Shown here: positions 13,879 through 29,200 of the stretch, one piece after another
Layout: each line of letters opens with the position of its first letter
How positions within the stretch are numbered: position 1 is the stretch's first letter
NCBI GenBank assembly: GCA_050084985.1
Contig: JBITNC010000001.1
Location: 144,646,001 to 144,710,000, forward strand
Source: Nageia nagi
Taxonomy: Eukaryota > Plantae > Pinophyta
DNA: 64,000 nucleotides
Direction of reading: 5' to 3'
The notes under the pieces: model-generated
The model's input: the letters and a program-made list of their open reading frames with translations, nothing else
Databases searched by the model: none
Told to the model about the DNA's origin: nothing
Program-made: the position numbers and the translations under genes

Positions 13879-16828
13879 TTTGAATATCATCAGCTCCACC
13901 CTCACTAAATAGTCACACTAGTTTCACTTGCCTCTAACAAACATTCACCATGTGCATAATCAATTGGCCTTGGATGGGAAACCAATATAATTTGTATATA
14001 TCCTCAACCACAATAGTAATCTCCCCTATTGGAAGATGGAAAGTACTAGTTTGAGTGTCCCATCACTCTAACAATACCATCATAAGAGGCAAATTTAAGT
14101 GAATTTATAGCATGTATTATGCCAGATAAAAGCCAACAACCCTCACATCTACATGATCCTTTGCTATCAAAAGAATGCAATCTCCTCCACCAACCTTGAG
14201 TATCGAGATCATGATTAAAACATATCCCACAACTGCATCATTTCACTTTTGAGTCAAGTCAAAATAAAAACTAACTTTGCCACAAATTGCATATGACCAT
14301 CATGGATCAAAGTACATTCAATCTACATAATAAGCCTTCAACATCGATCGTCAATAACCATAGCCCTAACCTTAACTTGGTCATTCGATCTTATCCAATC
14401 ATCATGAGATTAGACCCAGTCACATGCAATTCATGATTGTTTTGATCCTTTATTGTGATCACATCTATCAAAATTAAAAACTAAAAAAAATGCAAAAAAA
14501 ATTCCCATCCAAATTCAAGAATAGCTTAAGGTTTTATTTACTAACCATATCTAGATATTTTTCAAAGCATCCTTAAAAATTTGTATTGGTCCAAATTTTA
14601 AAATTGATAAGACCTATGGTTTTTCTAAAATAGCTAGGGTTTTCTAAGAGAAACAATCCATACTTCTTACAAAAAAGCTAATCACCTATGTTTATTTTAC
14701 CCACCAAAAGCACAGAAATAAAAAGCACAAGCCAAAAGTGTAGAAACCTACCTCATCTTGTATAGAATGGAAAAAACATTGGGGCGTATCTAGGATCCTC
14801 CTCCTAGGCACCATCTCTCCTTAATCAAATCTTCCACAAGATCAATGGTCCATAAGAACACACATGTTGTCGTCACTCTCAATCTTCCAAAAAAAGATAG
14901 CCACATGCCAAAGCTACAAAGAAATAAGGAAAGTCCAAAATAAATAGGGAATCATTCTTTTTTCTTTTTATTAACCCTATCTCCCAATTGCATGCAGTTA
15001 CTAAAAAAGAAAATGTTCTATGTGGATCATGGGCATTTAAATTTTATCTCTCATGATCCTTTCTCATTAAGTTTTAATCCAACTCACCTCCCAAACACAT
15101 GTTTCCTCCTCAAATTTATTTTTCATGATTCCAACCACCCTGTGATGCACTCCATCATTTGTATATCTCTAGAGTTCCTTTGATCTACAATTTCCTTCCT
15201 GATCATTGTAATTATATACATCATACGCAATCTTTGATGATCACCATGCATCCAAAAGTTTCCTATCACATGTCCCAACAACATGTACATAAGTTCATCT
15301 TGCACCACCTTCCAACACCAAATGTAGTTATTTAATATTATTGCATGTGCTTTAGACACACCACACACGATCTACCTATCATGTGTCATCTTATTACCAA
15401 TGCACGTATTTTCGAAAGGATGTACATGATGGTTCTATATGCCCATGCGCAATCCTCCTCCCTTCACCATTATCCCTCTTCATTAATGTATCAATATGAT
15501 TTTTGTTATTTTCAACATCAAACTAACCATGTCTCTCATCAAACCATCAATCATACCAAATCAAACTAATCATCTTCCTCTTTCTAAAACTATCTTAAAT
15601 CATCCTATCAATCATCTCATTTCTTTAATTTGTAATAATATCAATCAATCATATTTCCTCCTCCTACATCTTTTCATCATCATCCATCTATCGCTTCATC
15701 TATCAAAAGTATCTCTCAACTTCAAGTGCATTCTACCTTGTTAACTATGGGATAAGGTTTGATATCATGATCTAGAAGACTAATACAACCCTCAATTATC
15801 GCTAGCTTTTCAAGTTTTTTGGGCCATGATGAAGGCATCTCTGGATTTGAAGGGTCAAGGTTATGTATTTAGCACAAGACCTCATGGAGAGATTGATGAG
15901 TTCATTTTCAAGCATGAAGAAGGTAAGATCATCGACTAAATCTCACCATTGAGACACAAAATTAATCAAGAATTCATGTTTAAATTATTTGATTGCTAGT
16001 AGATCGAGAGAAGGGAGGTTTTCTTGGGTATGTTATGAAAATGGTGTTCCAAGAATTGTGAGGCTAGTTGGCTAAAAGTGAATATGGAATGATGATGAAG
16101 ATAGTTAAACAAAACAAGATCCTGATGAGTGAGGTTCATGATGAAGGTATGTAACATGAGTGAATCATCATATCAAATTTGGAAACATGTGAGGTTGAAC
16201 GATAAAATATGATTATGAGGATCTTCCTTAGTTATGTATTTTGCAAGTGTAGATATTTGGAAGTAATGTGAATAGGGTTTGATTAGGATGATTTAATGGA
16301 TTGGCTCATTGATGATTTATTCATAGGATAGCTTTTTATTCTTGCTGACAAGATGGTATTAAAGTTTTTGAACTTTGTTTAAAATCATTTGAAGCATGTC
16401 TTGAGGTGTAGGGGATGGATCGATTGTATGTAAAGGCTTAGGGTATGATGCAATGATATCTTCTTTAGAGAACATGCAATTTGATTTAGGGGAGACAAAT
16501 ATTATTAGTTGAGGATATGTGATAATTGGAGAAGTTTTATGATTCGATTAGGAAGATGTCTCCCCAAGTGGTTGAGGGGAAATGAGGATACCTGATTGGG
16601 GTGATTTTTCAGAAGAATATGGTTAAAGATTAAGAGAAGAATATGATTAGATGATTGAAGTTCAAGAATGGGTGGAAATGAAGTTTGAATTTTTTATTCA
16701 TATTGTTTTGAAGGATTCATCAAAGTACTAGTCTTGGAAGGACTATAGGACTCAACAAAAGGTTTTGTGTATTCGACTAATGACTTGATAAGAGGTTTGA
16801 TAGTTTCAATAAGAGGAGGACAAGACTT

Positions 16829-16896
16829 AAGTTCATGATGTCATAAAAACTCTTTAATTATGAAGCTCATGATGTCATAAAAACTCTTTAATTATG
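16829..16896. repeat. 34-bp tandem duplication
   Basis: AAG(T/C)TCATGATGTCATAAAAACTCTTTAATTATG twice, with one mismatch. Confidence 0.9.
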
Positions 16897-19443
16897 GCAT
16901 TGAATCCTTCAATTTCTGCTTGTGCTTATTTAAGTGGTTGATATAAAATGACAAGTATGAGTTGTTGAAGCATAGGATTTTAACTGATAAAGGATTATTT
17001 CCTCTTATTTTGGTTTGATCACTTTTCTTTTTCAAAGTAAAGCCAAATACCAGAAAACAACATAAAAAAGAGATAACTAACAAGGATAAAGGCCATGAGT
17101 GAAATACTATGAGTTTGACCTATAATGTTATGAAAAATGACAAGAAATAAATGATTTGAATAAGTGACAAAAATTAATCCTATATTCTCTTTTATGTAGT
17201 CCTATATGATAATATTTTTCCCAGAGTGATTTTAGTCAAGCATTTTAGATGGGGTAGGATGGTATTCTATAGTTTAGGCTTATCATATTTTTATCAACAT
17301 CCTCATTAACACAACTTCCAATGGGTGTAGTGAAAACTATTTTATGTGGAGCATCCCTGCAACCACCCATGATCCAAAGGAGGGTAAGGATCCCCTTAGG
17401 GCTAATGGATCTAAGGGATAGATGACAACTGATAGTTGAATGGCTTCCAAAGGATGGTTTTGACTTAGAGGTAAAGGGCATCCTCTATATACATTTAAGT
17501 ATGTGAGGCCTGATTCCATCAACGTGAGTAGTTCACAAGCCTAGATATTGGTGCCCTCCCCCTCACTTCATCAATTGGAGTATAAGGGTATCAAGGGTTT
17601 AGTTAATCGAAACTCTTATTTAATTTTATTTATACTCGTTAGAATGAGTTTCCCTACTTTTAATGCATTCACAAACAAGGTGTGTTGAAATGAAAGAAGA
17701 GAAGGATGATATGTAGTTATATGTATGTAGAACTATAATCCCACCCAAGCTAAGCTAAGTCTAATGTAGGGGAAAGAGAAGCCCTAAAAACAAAAATAAA
17801 AGCTAAACTAAGTCCTATCATGATCTCTAGAAATGTAAGATAAAGTAAATGCAATAATTTAACAACAAAGTATCTATCCTACTGAAAAGAATTTGGGCTT
17901 AAGTTGCCAAGAATTACATATTTGATCGTGTTTGTTAAGTTCTTATAGTCTTCATACAAGATATTGTTTTGTAACATATAACCTATATGTATGGAAATAA
18001 GGACATGATTAAATGCACCTACGTAATTTAGGAAGCTTCCTAGGTCTAGGTAAGTTTGATTCTTCCTTAAAAGATGGTCAACTCCTTAAACCTATTCAAA
18101 AGAGTAGTAAACAAAAGCAAAAATGAGCATGGATGTTGAAAAATAGAATAGTGATACTTGATGTTGATGCTAATGTTGATCTTTGATGAAGCAACCAAAG
18201 GTGTGAGTCAAGGATGCATGACTCAGATAGGTGATGGACCTAACCTTGGTGACAAGTCTCAACAAGTTGGATTGCAATAGAATGTAGTAGAATAACAAAT
18301 TCAGAAGGTTGATATGTAGAATAATAGATCACATGCATTCAAGAAGATTGCACATGACTATGATGGAAATAGGTGAGTGCATGAACAATCATGGGTGATC
18401 AGGATGGTTGAGGATGGATAGAATGATAGACAAGATCATGAGTATTCTAACTATGATGGGCATGATAGGACACAAAAGTGACATGATATAAGGAGATCAC
18501 AAATGAATCTAAAAATATAAATATCCCACATATAATATAGTTTTTTCCCTAAGAGGAACAACTAGCTTAAAAGGACATGAAAACTCCAAAAGGACACCTC
18601 TCCAGAGCTCCTTGCTTCGCCATAAATTGAAGAATCGAATGCTCCTTTGAGATCACGAACAAGAGAGAAAAATGAGAAGAAAGTTGTATGAGAAGTGATG
18701 ATGAAAGTGACCCTTAGGGGATCTATTTATATTTTTCTAGATGGAGATGATTGTGAGATCAAGCGCGCATTACCATATGATCATATACGATCCAAGGGTT
18801 GAGATTAAAAGTTGATGATAAGTATAGATTGATGCATTTAAAATACATGATTTCAGTAGCTAAGGCTTATCTACTAGGATTAAACATGTTTTACCTTGGT
18901 TTAAAAGGTTATAAGGTGTTTATAAGATGTAATTAAGGGGTTTTATATATGATTAAGCATGATTAGATATAATTAAGGGTATTTAGGGACAAAATGTGTG
19001 TTTTTCAATTATCTACATGTGCGACTAGATATCACACAATTTGCTACCAACTTTGTCAACTTAGACAAATTTTATTCCAAAAGGGTGGGAGTAAATAGGA
19101 TGTTCATATATGATGAGTGAAACCAATCAAATTGGTCCACACATATGGAAAGCAACATATTATCAAACATTTTATTTAATGATGGCTTTTGGAAAACCAC
19201 AAATTAGGTCATCCAAGTTAGCTCTTAATTCCATGAAATACAATTTTCAAATTTTCTACATCCATTTTTTTTGCAACTCAAGCTTTTTAAGTATTAAGCA
19301 ATGATTAATTTTGCTTGTTTGTTGTCAAAAAATAGATTTGAGAACCCTTAGTGAAAGTTTTAGAAATTGTTGAGAGTGCATATAAATCACTTATGGGGTA
19401 CCTGTATGAGGCCATGGAAAAGGCTAAAGAGTGCATTAAGAGG

Positions 19444-22400
19444 TGTTAACACCTAAAAAGAATTTTTAATTAATTAAAATACACTTTTTTGGTATTTGGA
19501 ATGATTTATTTATTTAAGTGATTTAATCCTCTTTTTATTTTGCACACTCACTACCTTTATGTTTTATGATAACATGTCATCCCAAAGATAAGCCCAAGAA
19601 GGAGTCTTGGCACTTGTGCACCATAAGCCCAAGGAGGAGCCTTGGAACTAGACCTTCTATTTATAAATTTGGAAGGGTTATGCATGAGAAATCATGCTAT
19701 GATCTAGAATCCTTGATAGGTGGTAACATACTTGGTCGCATTTACGAACATTTCTTAATGCCACCTATCATATATGAATTTTGTTATACTCTAAATTTTG
19801 CATTCCTATGATCTTTCAAGCCATCGTGCATGATAATCCAAGCTTCGGGGAGGAATCAATAATGATGATCAAGACACTAAGGTTTTCTAGAAATATCATT
19901 GGGCATCGAGGCTCTACTCTAGGTGGAAACACTCTATGGAGGACAAATTGGCGATCCCATTTTGTGAGAGGTTTTTTATTGATCTGTTTGAATCAAATAT
20001 TGTTTTTGATCATCCTGAATTGTTAGAGATTTAAGTTTTTCATTTTTTTCAATTGTGGAAATGCCATCATGTTTCCGCTACCCTATGCATTTTTTGGAAA
20101 TGCCATCATGTTTCTGCTACCCTATGCATTTTCTAGAAACAACATCATGTTTGTTACTAACATGTGCATTTTGTCAGTATTTTTGGCAATTACGATATTT
20201 ATGATGTTTGCTTGAGTTTTTTACTTGCACTTTGTTTGAGCATCTATTACTTGGTAGGGATAATGGGAGATAGTCCTAGAACATGTTTGTAACTCCCATT
20301 TAGCTATTTTTAGTTGGATTTGAGTGGAGTTTTGTAACATTCCTTAGTATTTATTTTCATCCTCCATGAGAGCTCAATTTCAGTTACTCATTAGAGTTCT
20401 ATATATAATTTTCTTAATGAATCAGATTGTTGTGTGCTCAAAATTATTTTCATATTGGTATTAGAGCTAGTTGATTTTAGTTGGATTTGAGAGGTTATGG
20501 GTACTTTGTAAAAACTTACCAAGTTTTGCAAAAAATGATCCAAATAAGCCTGTAGTGTGAGATTAGGTTATTGAAGTGAAAGAGATGGTTTCTAGAGTTA
20601 ATTATCTTCTCATACCAAAATTAAATGGAGAAGATTATGAATATTGGGCACTAAAGATGAAGCATTTGCTCATAGGAAAAGGGGTATGGGACATTATTGA
20701 AGATGGCTATGTAGAGATAGATTGGGCTACACTTCCTCAAGTTGATAGGCCTGCTAAGAGAGAGGAACAAAAGAATCATTCTTTTATAATCTACCATATC
20801 CAAGCAACCTTGGACAAGAGACTATTCCCAAGGATTGCTAGTTGCAATACAACCAAGGATGCATGGAAGGTCTTAAAAGATGGATTCTAAGGCAATGATC
20901 AAGTGAAGTAAGTGAGGCTTCAGACTTTGAAAATAGAGTTTGAGAATTTGAAGCAAAAAGAGGATGAGAAAGTTGGTTAGTACTTTGCAAGAGTGAAGAC
21001 ATGTGTCCAAATAGTGGAGACACTTGGAGAAGAGATTAAAAATCCAATTGTAGTGAAGAAAGTGTTAAGAACACTTCTTACTAAATGGAGCCAAACTACT
21101 ATAATGTTTGAAGAGACCAAAGATATAAGCACTCTTACCCTTTATCATCTTATTGGTTCCTCAATTTCCCATGAGGAAAGGCTTGCTCCACATTTGAATG
21201 TTGAGGGTGTGGAAGAGAAGGCCTTTTATTCTAAAGAAGGTGACACTAGTTCTAGTAGTCAAGGGGGAGATCAAGGTAGGGAAAGAGGTAGATCTTTTGG
21301 AGGAAGAGGAAGAGGAAGGAGAGGTGGCTTCCAAGTTAGATAAGGATTCCAAGGAAGGGGAAGAGGGGATTATCTAAGAGGTGACAAGAAAGAAAAACAA
21401 TGTTACTGTTGTAACAATTATGGACACTATGAAAGAGAATGTAGATTGAAGGCTTCTCAAGAGGGAGGTCAAAGTGTAAACTATGGTTAGGAGGATGGAT
21501 CCTCCACCTTGTTCTTGTCTTATGCTCATTCAGCCCATAAGCTAGAAGAAACATGGATCCTTGACACATGTTACTCTAACCACATGATCAGCAAGGGAGA
21601 TTTGTTTTATGCCATGGATGAATCCTACAAGTCCAAGATCACACTTGGAGATGACAAAGCCATTCAAGTTGAAGGCATGGGATCCAAATGAAGGTAACAA
21701 AAGGATTAATGATGTGTATTACATTCCAAAACTGAAGCATTATTTATTGAGTCTAGAACAAATAATAGAGAAGAATTATAAACTTGTGTTTGAGAATAAG
21801 AAATGTATGGTCTTTGATAAGAACAAAGGGTATCAACATGTCACCACTATTCCCATGATAAGGAATAGATTATTTCCTCTCAAGTTTAGTGAGAAAAGCT
21901 CTAATTTTGGTAATGTTGTTATTGATGATAAAAGTTATCTTTGGCATTTGAGATATGGGCATCTAAATTTTGTAATTTTAAAAAGCTTAGTTTCCAATAA
22001 GATGGTACATGGGTTGCCAAAGGTTCAAGAACATAAAGAAGTGTGTGCTAGTTGTGCTATGGGAAAGCATTCTAGATCAAGCTTCCCAAAAGGTCAAGCA
22101 TGGAGAGCCTCCTATCCTCTCTAATTGGTGCATAATGATATATGTGGGCCAATGCAAACTCTGAGTATGGGTAAAAACAACTTCTATTTCCTTAATTTTA
22201 TTGATGATTACTCAAGGATATGTTGGATCTGCTTTATTAAAACTAAGGATGAAGATTTTACATACTTTAAGGAGTTTAAGAACAATGTGGAAAAATAAAG
22301 TGGCTATTATTTGACGTGTTCGAGAATAGATAGAGGGGGGGAGTTTTGTAGTAATGAATTTTTGCAATATTGTAAAGATTGTGGACTGAGAATGCAACTC

Positions 22401-25400
22401 ATTGTTTCCTACACTCCACAACAAAATAAGAACAAAACTTTACTTAATATGGCAAGAAGCATACTCCAAACTAAAGGTTTAAGTAATATTTATTGGTCTG
22501 AAGCTAATAGGATTGTTGTGTATATTTTAAATAGAAGTTCAACCTCTAGTTTAGATGGCATAACTCCTTTTGGGGCATGTTATGATAAAAGGAAAAATGT
22601 GAATCATTTTAGAGTGTTTGGTTGCTTGGGTTATGCGCATGTTCCAAGGGAGCATAGACAAAAATTAGATCCAAAGAGTGAGCCTTGTATATTTCATGAA
22701 GATAATTCAACAATGAGTTTCCAGGTATATAAATAAAAAAACTCAAGATATAAGTTACATATTTATTATATATGTATATTTTACATTATAAATTTTAAAA
22801 ATAATATTATTTTGCAAAAAAATAAGATTTAGCATATGTAATTATTCATACAATTTTAGTTTTCTAGGTTTTTAAGCCCATTGTTTTCCCAACAGTGATG
22901 CCTGAAATGAAGTGACATCACCTGAAAATTGACAAAATTTTCATAAAATTTTGAAAAACCCACCTAGAGTTTATTAGGGTTTATGGTAAAAATTTTGTAT
23001 GTTTCCCTCCATGCATAATACAAAATACCATATGTTTTACTATCTAAATATTTGATAAATTACTAAATTTGGAAAAAAAAAGCCTAAAACAAAAATTTAA
23101 TCCACTAAAAAGTTTGATTTTATGCATAATAACTAAAAATGGAAAATATTTTGGTACCTAGTGCCCCTTGCTCAAAGAATGCACAACCAATGCCTTGTGG
23201 CTCTCCTTTGATGTAATTTGTTGAGCCATAGTGATAATTCACACTTCTAAACTGATATGGCTACCTCAACACTCTTGAATCGCCCTAGAATATCTTCGCT
23301 TGCTATAAGATCAAAGCTCAAGAGAGCAAATGAGTAATTATGAAAATGAAATGAGTTTGAGGATATTTATAAACTTGGCATTTAATGCTTTTCTTCCAAC
23401 GTATGATGAGTAAATATGAAATTTATTTTTGAAGGATTTTTTGATACATGTATGGTTAATGTGGAATCATAGATTATTTTTTATTTTCTCTAACTCGATA
23501 TGTTGGAGCGACATCGCTAGGGCCCAAGCAATGTCACTCATGGCAAGAACACAAAAATGATAAAATGTATGTTCAATTTTTAGATATGTAGATTGTTTGG
23601 TAAAATTTGGTAGTTATTGCTTGAAAATGCATAGTTTTCATAAAAATGCAAGTTGGGGCAGGTTGGCCCTCCCTTCAAGAAATGATCATAAAATTTTGAA
23701 AAGGAATATTGATATGACAAAAATAAGATGCATTTTGAGTGATTTTATGAATATCATATAAGTATGTTTTGATTGAGAAAATTTTGGTCAGAAATCCCAA
23801 GCGACACCACTCGGGGCCTCATGATATTCTTAGTATATGATTGTTGGAGCCTCGGAAGTGTGGGAATATGTTAACGATGGCTAATGAAATGATGTTGATA
23901 AACTTGTTCATGATATGATTGATATTCGGAAGTTGATCTTGGCTAATGCATGTAATTGGGTAGTGTATGCAAAGGTTAGCTTTTGTCTGAGATGATGTTC
24001 AGGAGTTGTTCTTAACAATGCATATGATTGGACAATGTATATCAAGTTCAACTTTTGTAAGTTAATGAACTATTTTTATTATCAATACATGCAATTGGGT
24101 AGTGTAAATTAAGTTTAGCTTTTATATTGAATTGTTCTTGGTCAATGCATGGAATTGAGGGGCATACACCAAGTTCAGTTCAATTTTGTAGATTCATTCG
24201 CAATGTTACGGCTTGATGAGAGCATTGATGAGAGTTACATCACCCTTCAAGTCTTGATAATGGTATATGATTAATAAATCCTTCAATATTACTCAAAATT
24301 TTAAAAAAGACATTGATATTACATAAAATGTTAATTAGTAATCCCTCATCATTAAGTTGAGGTAGCAAGTCCTCCTTAACTGGAGGCAATCTTTTGATAC
24401 AATTTTGGTGGGTAAGCCACCAAGGATAGGTTTGATTTCTTATTCCTTTGTGATAAACATATGATCAGATGTTTAATGTATATATTTGATATATTAAAGT
24501 TTGTTGTTTTAAAATGACTGTAGGTTCCTTTATCTTTATCTTGGGTTTCTCCTATGATGTGAGGTCCATCATGTTGCAACCAAACCAAAGAGGAGGAAAA
24601 ATATTGGTGAAAATTAGGGCATACAAAGCTATCGTAATGAAGATAAAATTAAAAAAAGTATTTTATTTATTGGTAATTTCTATACTTTGAATTATTCTTT
24701 GATTTCCTTTTATTCCAAAAGTACCCAACCATATTCAAAGTGGGGCTTCTGTTAACACCTAAAATAGGAATTTTAATTTAATTAAAATAAAAAAATTGGT
24801 ATTTGAAATAATTTATTTATTTAAGTGATTTAATAATTTTTATTGTCCATACTCATTACCTTCATGTTTTATGATAGCAGGTCATCTCGAACATAGGCCC
24901 AAGAAGGAATCTTGGCACTTGTGCACCATAAGCCCAAGGAGGAGTCTTGGCACTAGAGCTGCTATCTATAAATGTGGAAGGGTTGTGCATGAGAAATCAT
25001 GACATGATCTGGAATCCTTAATAGGTGGTAACATAATTGGTCCCATTGATCAATGTTTCTTAACGCCACCTACAATATCTAGATTTTGTTATACTCTGAA
25101 TTTTGCATTCTTGTGATCTTTTGAGCCATTATGCATGATAATCTGATTGTCGAGAAGGAATAAACAATGATGATCAAGAATCTAAGGTTTTCTAGAAAGG
25201 ACAGTGAGCGGAGATGCTCTACTTTGGGAAAATGCTCTGTGGAGGATGAATTAGTGGTCCCATTTTGTGGAAGAGGTTTGTTGTTGATCTTTTTGAGTTG
25301 GATATTGCTTACAATCATCATGATAGGTAAAGTAACAGGTTTGTACTTTTGTTAATCCAGGTTTGATAGGTTAAGGTCAATTAGGTAAACTATGATCATT

Positions 25401-25500
25401 GTCATATTTCATGTTGTTGTGATATTCTTGAATTTTGTTGTTATTATGTTAAATTGAATTTATTGAATAATCATAATAAATTATTATTTCAGTTACAATA
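19444..25500 (+). mobile_element. LTR element (gypsy-like PPT, no own coding region visible) inserted in the hAT transposase
   Basis: LTR copies start TGTTAACACCTAAAA at 19444 (cut off at 20020) and at 24750 (to 25500). PPT AAAGTGGGGC before 24750. 5-bp TSD AGAGG at 19439-19443 and 25501-25505. Confidence 0.85.
20021..22700 (+). mobile_element. 3'-truncated Ty1/copia element (LTR, gag, protease, integrase)
   Basis: LTR 20021-20452 (TG..CA), PBS TGGTATTAGAGC at 20456-20467, gag LNGEDYEYWALKMK, protease WILDTCYSNHM, GAG-pre-integrase LWHLRYGHLNF, integrase RIDRGGEF. Stops and frameshifts; no RT. Confidence 0.9.
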
Positions 25501-26254
25501 AGAGGTACTACAAGGGCATAATGGCCAAATATATATCATTTTGTAAGTTGATTGATTAGAGATGGAATGACCAACTCCATAAGTTGATTCATGTTAGGTA
25601 TTTCTTGAATCTAAAATATTTATTTATTAAGGAAACAAATTTTGAGTTCGATGATAAAGTTTCTTTCAAACTCCATTTATGCCTTGAGAGGATGGTCAGA
25701 CATGATCCAAAAAAAGTTATGGAACTATAGACAAAATTGACAACCTATAAGAAAGCAAACAACCATCTCTTCTCTAGTCTTGCTTGCATCAAGTCAAGGT
25801 ACATTGAAGTTCTAGGTTTAACTTTAAACATTAAGGTTCTTTAAATTTTAATATAACATTGATTTGTAAATTTAAAAAATTGGTAATCTAATACACATTG
25901 TTTATTGAATTGCAGTTCTGTGGTGGGAGTTCTTTGGTGTGAAATGCCCACTTTTACAACAGTTGGTAATTTGTATTTTGTCCCAACCTTGTAGCACTAC
26001 TAGATATGAGCACAATTTGAGTGTATTTGAGTGAATACACTCCAAATGGTGTAATAGGTAGTGTAAGAAAGGTTGAACAATTTTGTTTATGTGCACTACA
26101 ACCTAAGGCTGCAAATTAGAAAAATTGAAGGAAATGATGGGGAGGCAATCAATTTGGATGAAATTAATCCATCAAATGAATGGATCAAATATGTCGATGA
26201 TGAAGAGGATGACATCTTGGATGCTGATGGATTAGCACACACAGAGAGGGAGTT
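25501..26254 (+). pseudogene. hAT transposase C-terminal dimerization-domain fragment with a GT-AG intron (25816-25915)
   Basis: WWEFFG.KCP.LQQL.ICILSQPCS...E.N.SVFE and RLNNFVYVHYNLRL motifs; 100-bp AT-rich GT...TTGCAG intron immediately before WW. Confidence 0.85.
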
Positions 26255-29200
26255 TGTAATGTTCCCAATTTCGACACCCCTTATTTAAATGGTCCATAAT
26301 CAATAGTTAAGACAAAAATAAGTGGGACACCCATGTTTAGAAGTAAAAAAGGTGTCTTAAAATTAAGTGTTAGATAATGATTTTTTATAATAAAGTGTGT
26401 CCTAATGAAGGATTAGGAGGGAGTTTCAGTGAATGCCAAATTATAAAAGGGAAATAGCACTTCATTTGGAAGTAGTTTGATCATTTTATCAAATATGTTT
26501 GGAGAACATTGTTGGGATGACAACTTTTATTCTTTTTGTACTACAAAACCTTATAGGAGTGGGAGCCATAGAGAATGGCTGGCCTCTTGGTGTTAAGACT
26601 TGAGGATTAAATCCCTTGAGTTTTCTATGGTGAATCCAACCAAGGTTCACATTTATGTTGAATGGTTGAAGAGAAGAGATTTCTGGAAGAGTTTAAGATC
26701 ATATATGAGTTTGATTCCAGGTCTAAAGGATTTTTGAATAGTTTTATTAAATTTGAAGGTATTGTGAATAGATTCATCAGATATGAAGGTATTCTAACTA
26801 GATCCATCAAATCTAAAGGTTTTGGATCAGATTTATAAATTATAATCAAGTCTTAGTTGAGATCAGAGTTTGTAGAGACTAAAGATCAAAATCAGGAGTT
26901 GGTGACCATAGTAGAGGATTTTACATTCAAATCAAGGATTGGTCACCATATTTGGACACCCTTCAACAAAGGTTTGTGAGCATAGGCAAACATCCAACCT
27001 TAGGCTTGATCTACATTGTACTTGAGGGTTTTCATCTTTATTCGGGTGCACCTTTCTCATTTTATAGTGATGTGCAGTATATGTACTTGTTTCTTCAACA
27101 TTGAGAAATTTTAGTATTATTTCTGATTTCATATGTGGTTTCTAGTAAGGGTTTGTATTTGATATGAGAAAATGCTCGTTAATCTATTTCATCAAATAAA
27201 GGATTACATATTTATATTTCTTGGATATAACTTGAGTAAAAAATCATTGTTATGAGAATGAACTTCTCATGAATTTTATAACTAATGAAATCAACCAAAT
27301 ACAATATGAAATCCTTGTGAACAACACTAAAAAATAACTACAATACATTCCTACATGTTCTAAATGATTACAATAACCAACCACATGAGAAATCATTCCC
27401 AAACAAAAGAGAAAAACAACAAAACACTCAAAACTACCAACCTTTGGATTCGGATCGATATGGATCAAATCGATTGGTTAGATAGAACTGGTTGGCAAGC
27501 TGATTAGATGTTGGATGATTGGTGATTGAACTTATGTAGGTAAACTACAGAACAAAGATTCAAAATATTGAATTTCTCTTGCCAAGATCAGGTTAAAAGT
27601 CCAACATTATCCCCCTTGATTGTGAGGGCACTAACCATGAAGTTCCTCAGCTTCAAAAACTAAGCTTTGACAACTCCTTTTATGAAGATGTCCACAATAT
27701 TATCAAGGGTATTGTAATGCCTAAGCTAAATGATGTTTTTCTCCACCATGTCACGTATAAAGTGGTACTTTATATCAAAGTTTTTGGACCTATTATGGTG
27801 GATTGGATTCTTTTCCAATTAAATGGAACTTATATTATCACAAAACATGATAGTTGGACCACATTGTTTCTCACCAAATTCATCAAGTACCTTTCTCAAC
27901 CACAATGCTTGAGCACTAACACTTATGATTGCAATATACTCAACTTCAATAGAAGAGAGAGCAACAATACTTTTCTTTCTTGAATTCCATGTAATCATTC
28001 TAGACCCAAAACTAAAATAATATATGGACTAGACTTTCTATCATATAAATTGCTTCCCCAATCATAATCACTAAAGCCAACAAGTTCCACATCATCATTC
28101 TTGTAGTAATGAATGCCAAAATCAATTTTACCTTTCACATCCCTTAGTATTCTTTTAGTTGCTTTGAAGTGAATTTCGTAAGGGTCACTCATATACCTTG
28201 ATACAAGTGAAACATGTGCAATGTTTAGTTTAGAGTTTGTGGAAAACATCAAACTTCCAACAATGCTTCTATATGTGATCACATCAACTTTTGTATCCTC
28301 ACCATCCTTACATAATAACTCATCATGAGTAATTGGTGTTGGAACTGGTTTTCATCCCTCCATGCAAAATTTCGTAAACATATAATTGGCATATTTAGTT
28401 TGACAAATGAAAATCTCACCTTCTCTTTGATACACCTCCATATCAAGGAAATAGTTCATCAAACCAAGATCTCTCATTTCAAACTCTTGCAACATAGCAT
28501 TCTTGAAATCATCATTCATTTTTGAATAAATACCCATATATATTAAATCATCAACATATAAGTAAACAAGTAAGATGTCATTACCTTGTTTCACGAGGGA
28601 CAGCGTAGGTTCACTCTTGCTTCTTGTAAAGTCAACCCATCAATCCTTGAGTATAACCAAGCTCTTGGAGCTTGCTTGAGCTCATATAAGGTCTTCTTCA
28701 ACTTGTACACAAGATGTTCTTTACCTTTTATTTCAAAGCCTTGAGGTTGTTGCACATAAATATCTTCATCCAAATAGCCATTTATGAATGCACTCTTTAC
28801 ATCCATGTGGTGTATGTTCCAACCTTTATGGGCAACCAAAGAGAGTACCAACCATAATGTTTCTTGTCTTACAATCAGAGCAAAGGTTTTTTCATAATCA
28901 ATGTCATACCTTTGTGTAAATCCTTTTGTATTTTTATGGTTCCATCATTGTTATACTTTGTTTTGTAGACTCATTTAGACCCCACACTGTTTTTGCCTTT
29001 TAGAAGCTCCATATGCTCCCATGTATCATTCTCATTGATGGAATTGATTTCCTCTTCCATTGCTTTCATCCACAAATCATTGGTACATGCTTGTTCATAA
29101 CTAGATGGTTCTAACTAAACACTAGTCATCAAAGCATAATTAACAACATCACCTCTAGGCTCACTATCATCATCCATCACCATGCATCCTTATTTTTTCA

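Larger units (their letters stand above)
8095..19007 (-). mobile_element. Old LTR element (probably gypsy-type or non-autonomous), or a composite, interrupting the hAT
   Basis: 8098-8281 and ~18820-19005 are diverged direct repeats (GGATTAAACAT.TTTTACCTTG.TTTA.AAGGTTATAAGGTGTT). The left copy ends in TCCACA followed by TTTTACCCTTTTT, a minus-strand PPT. No recognisable pol. Confidence 0.5.
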
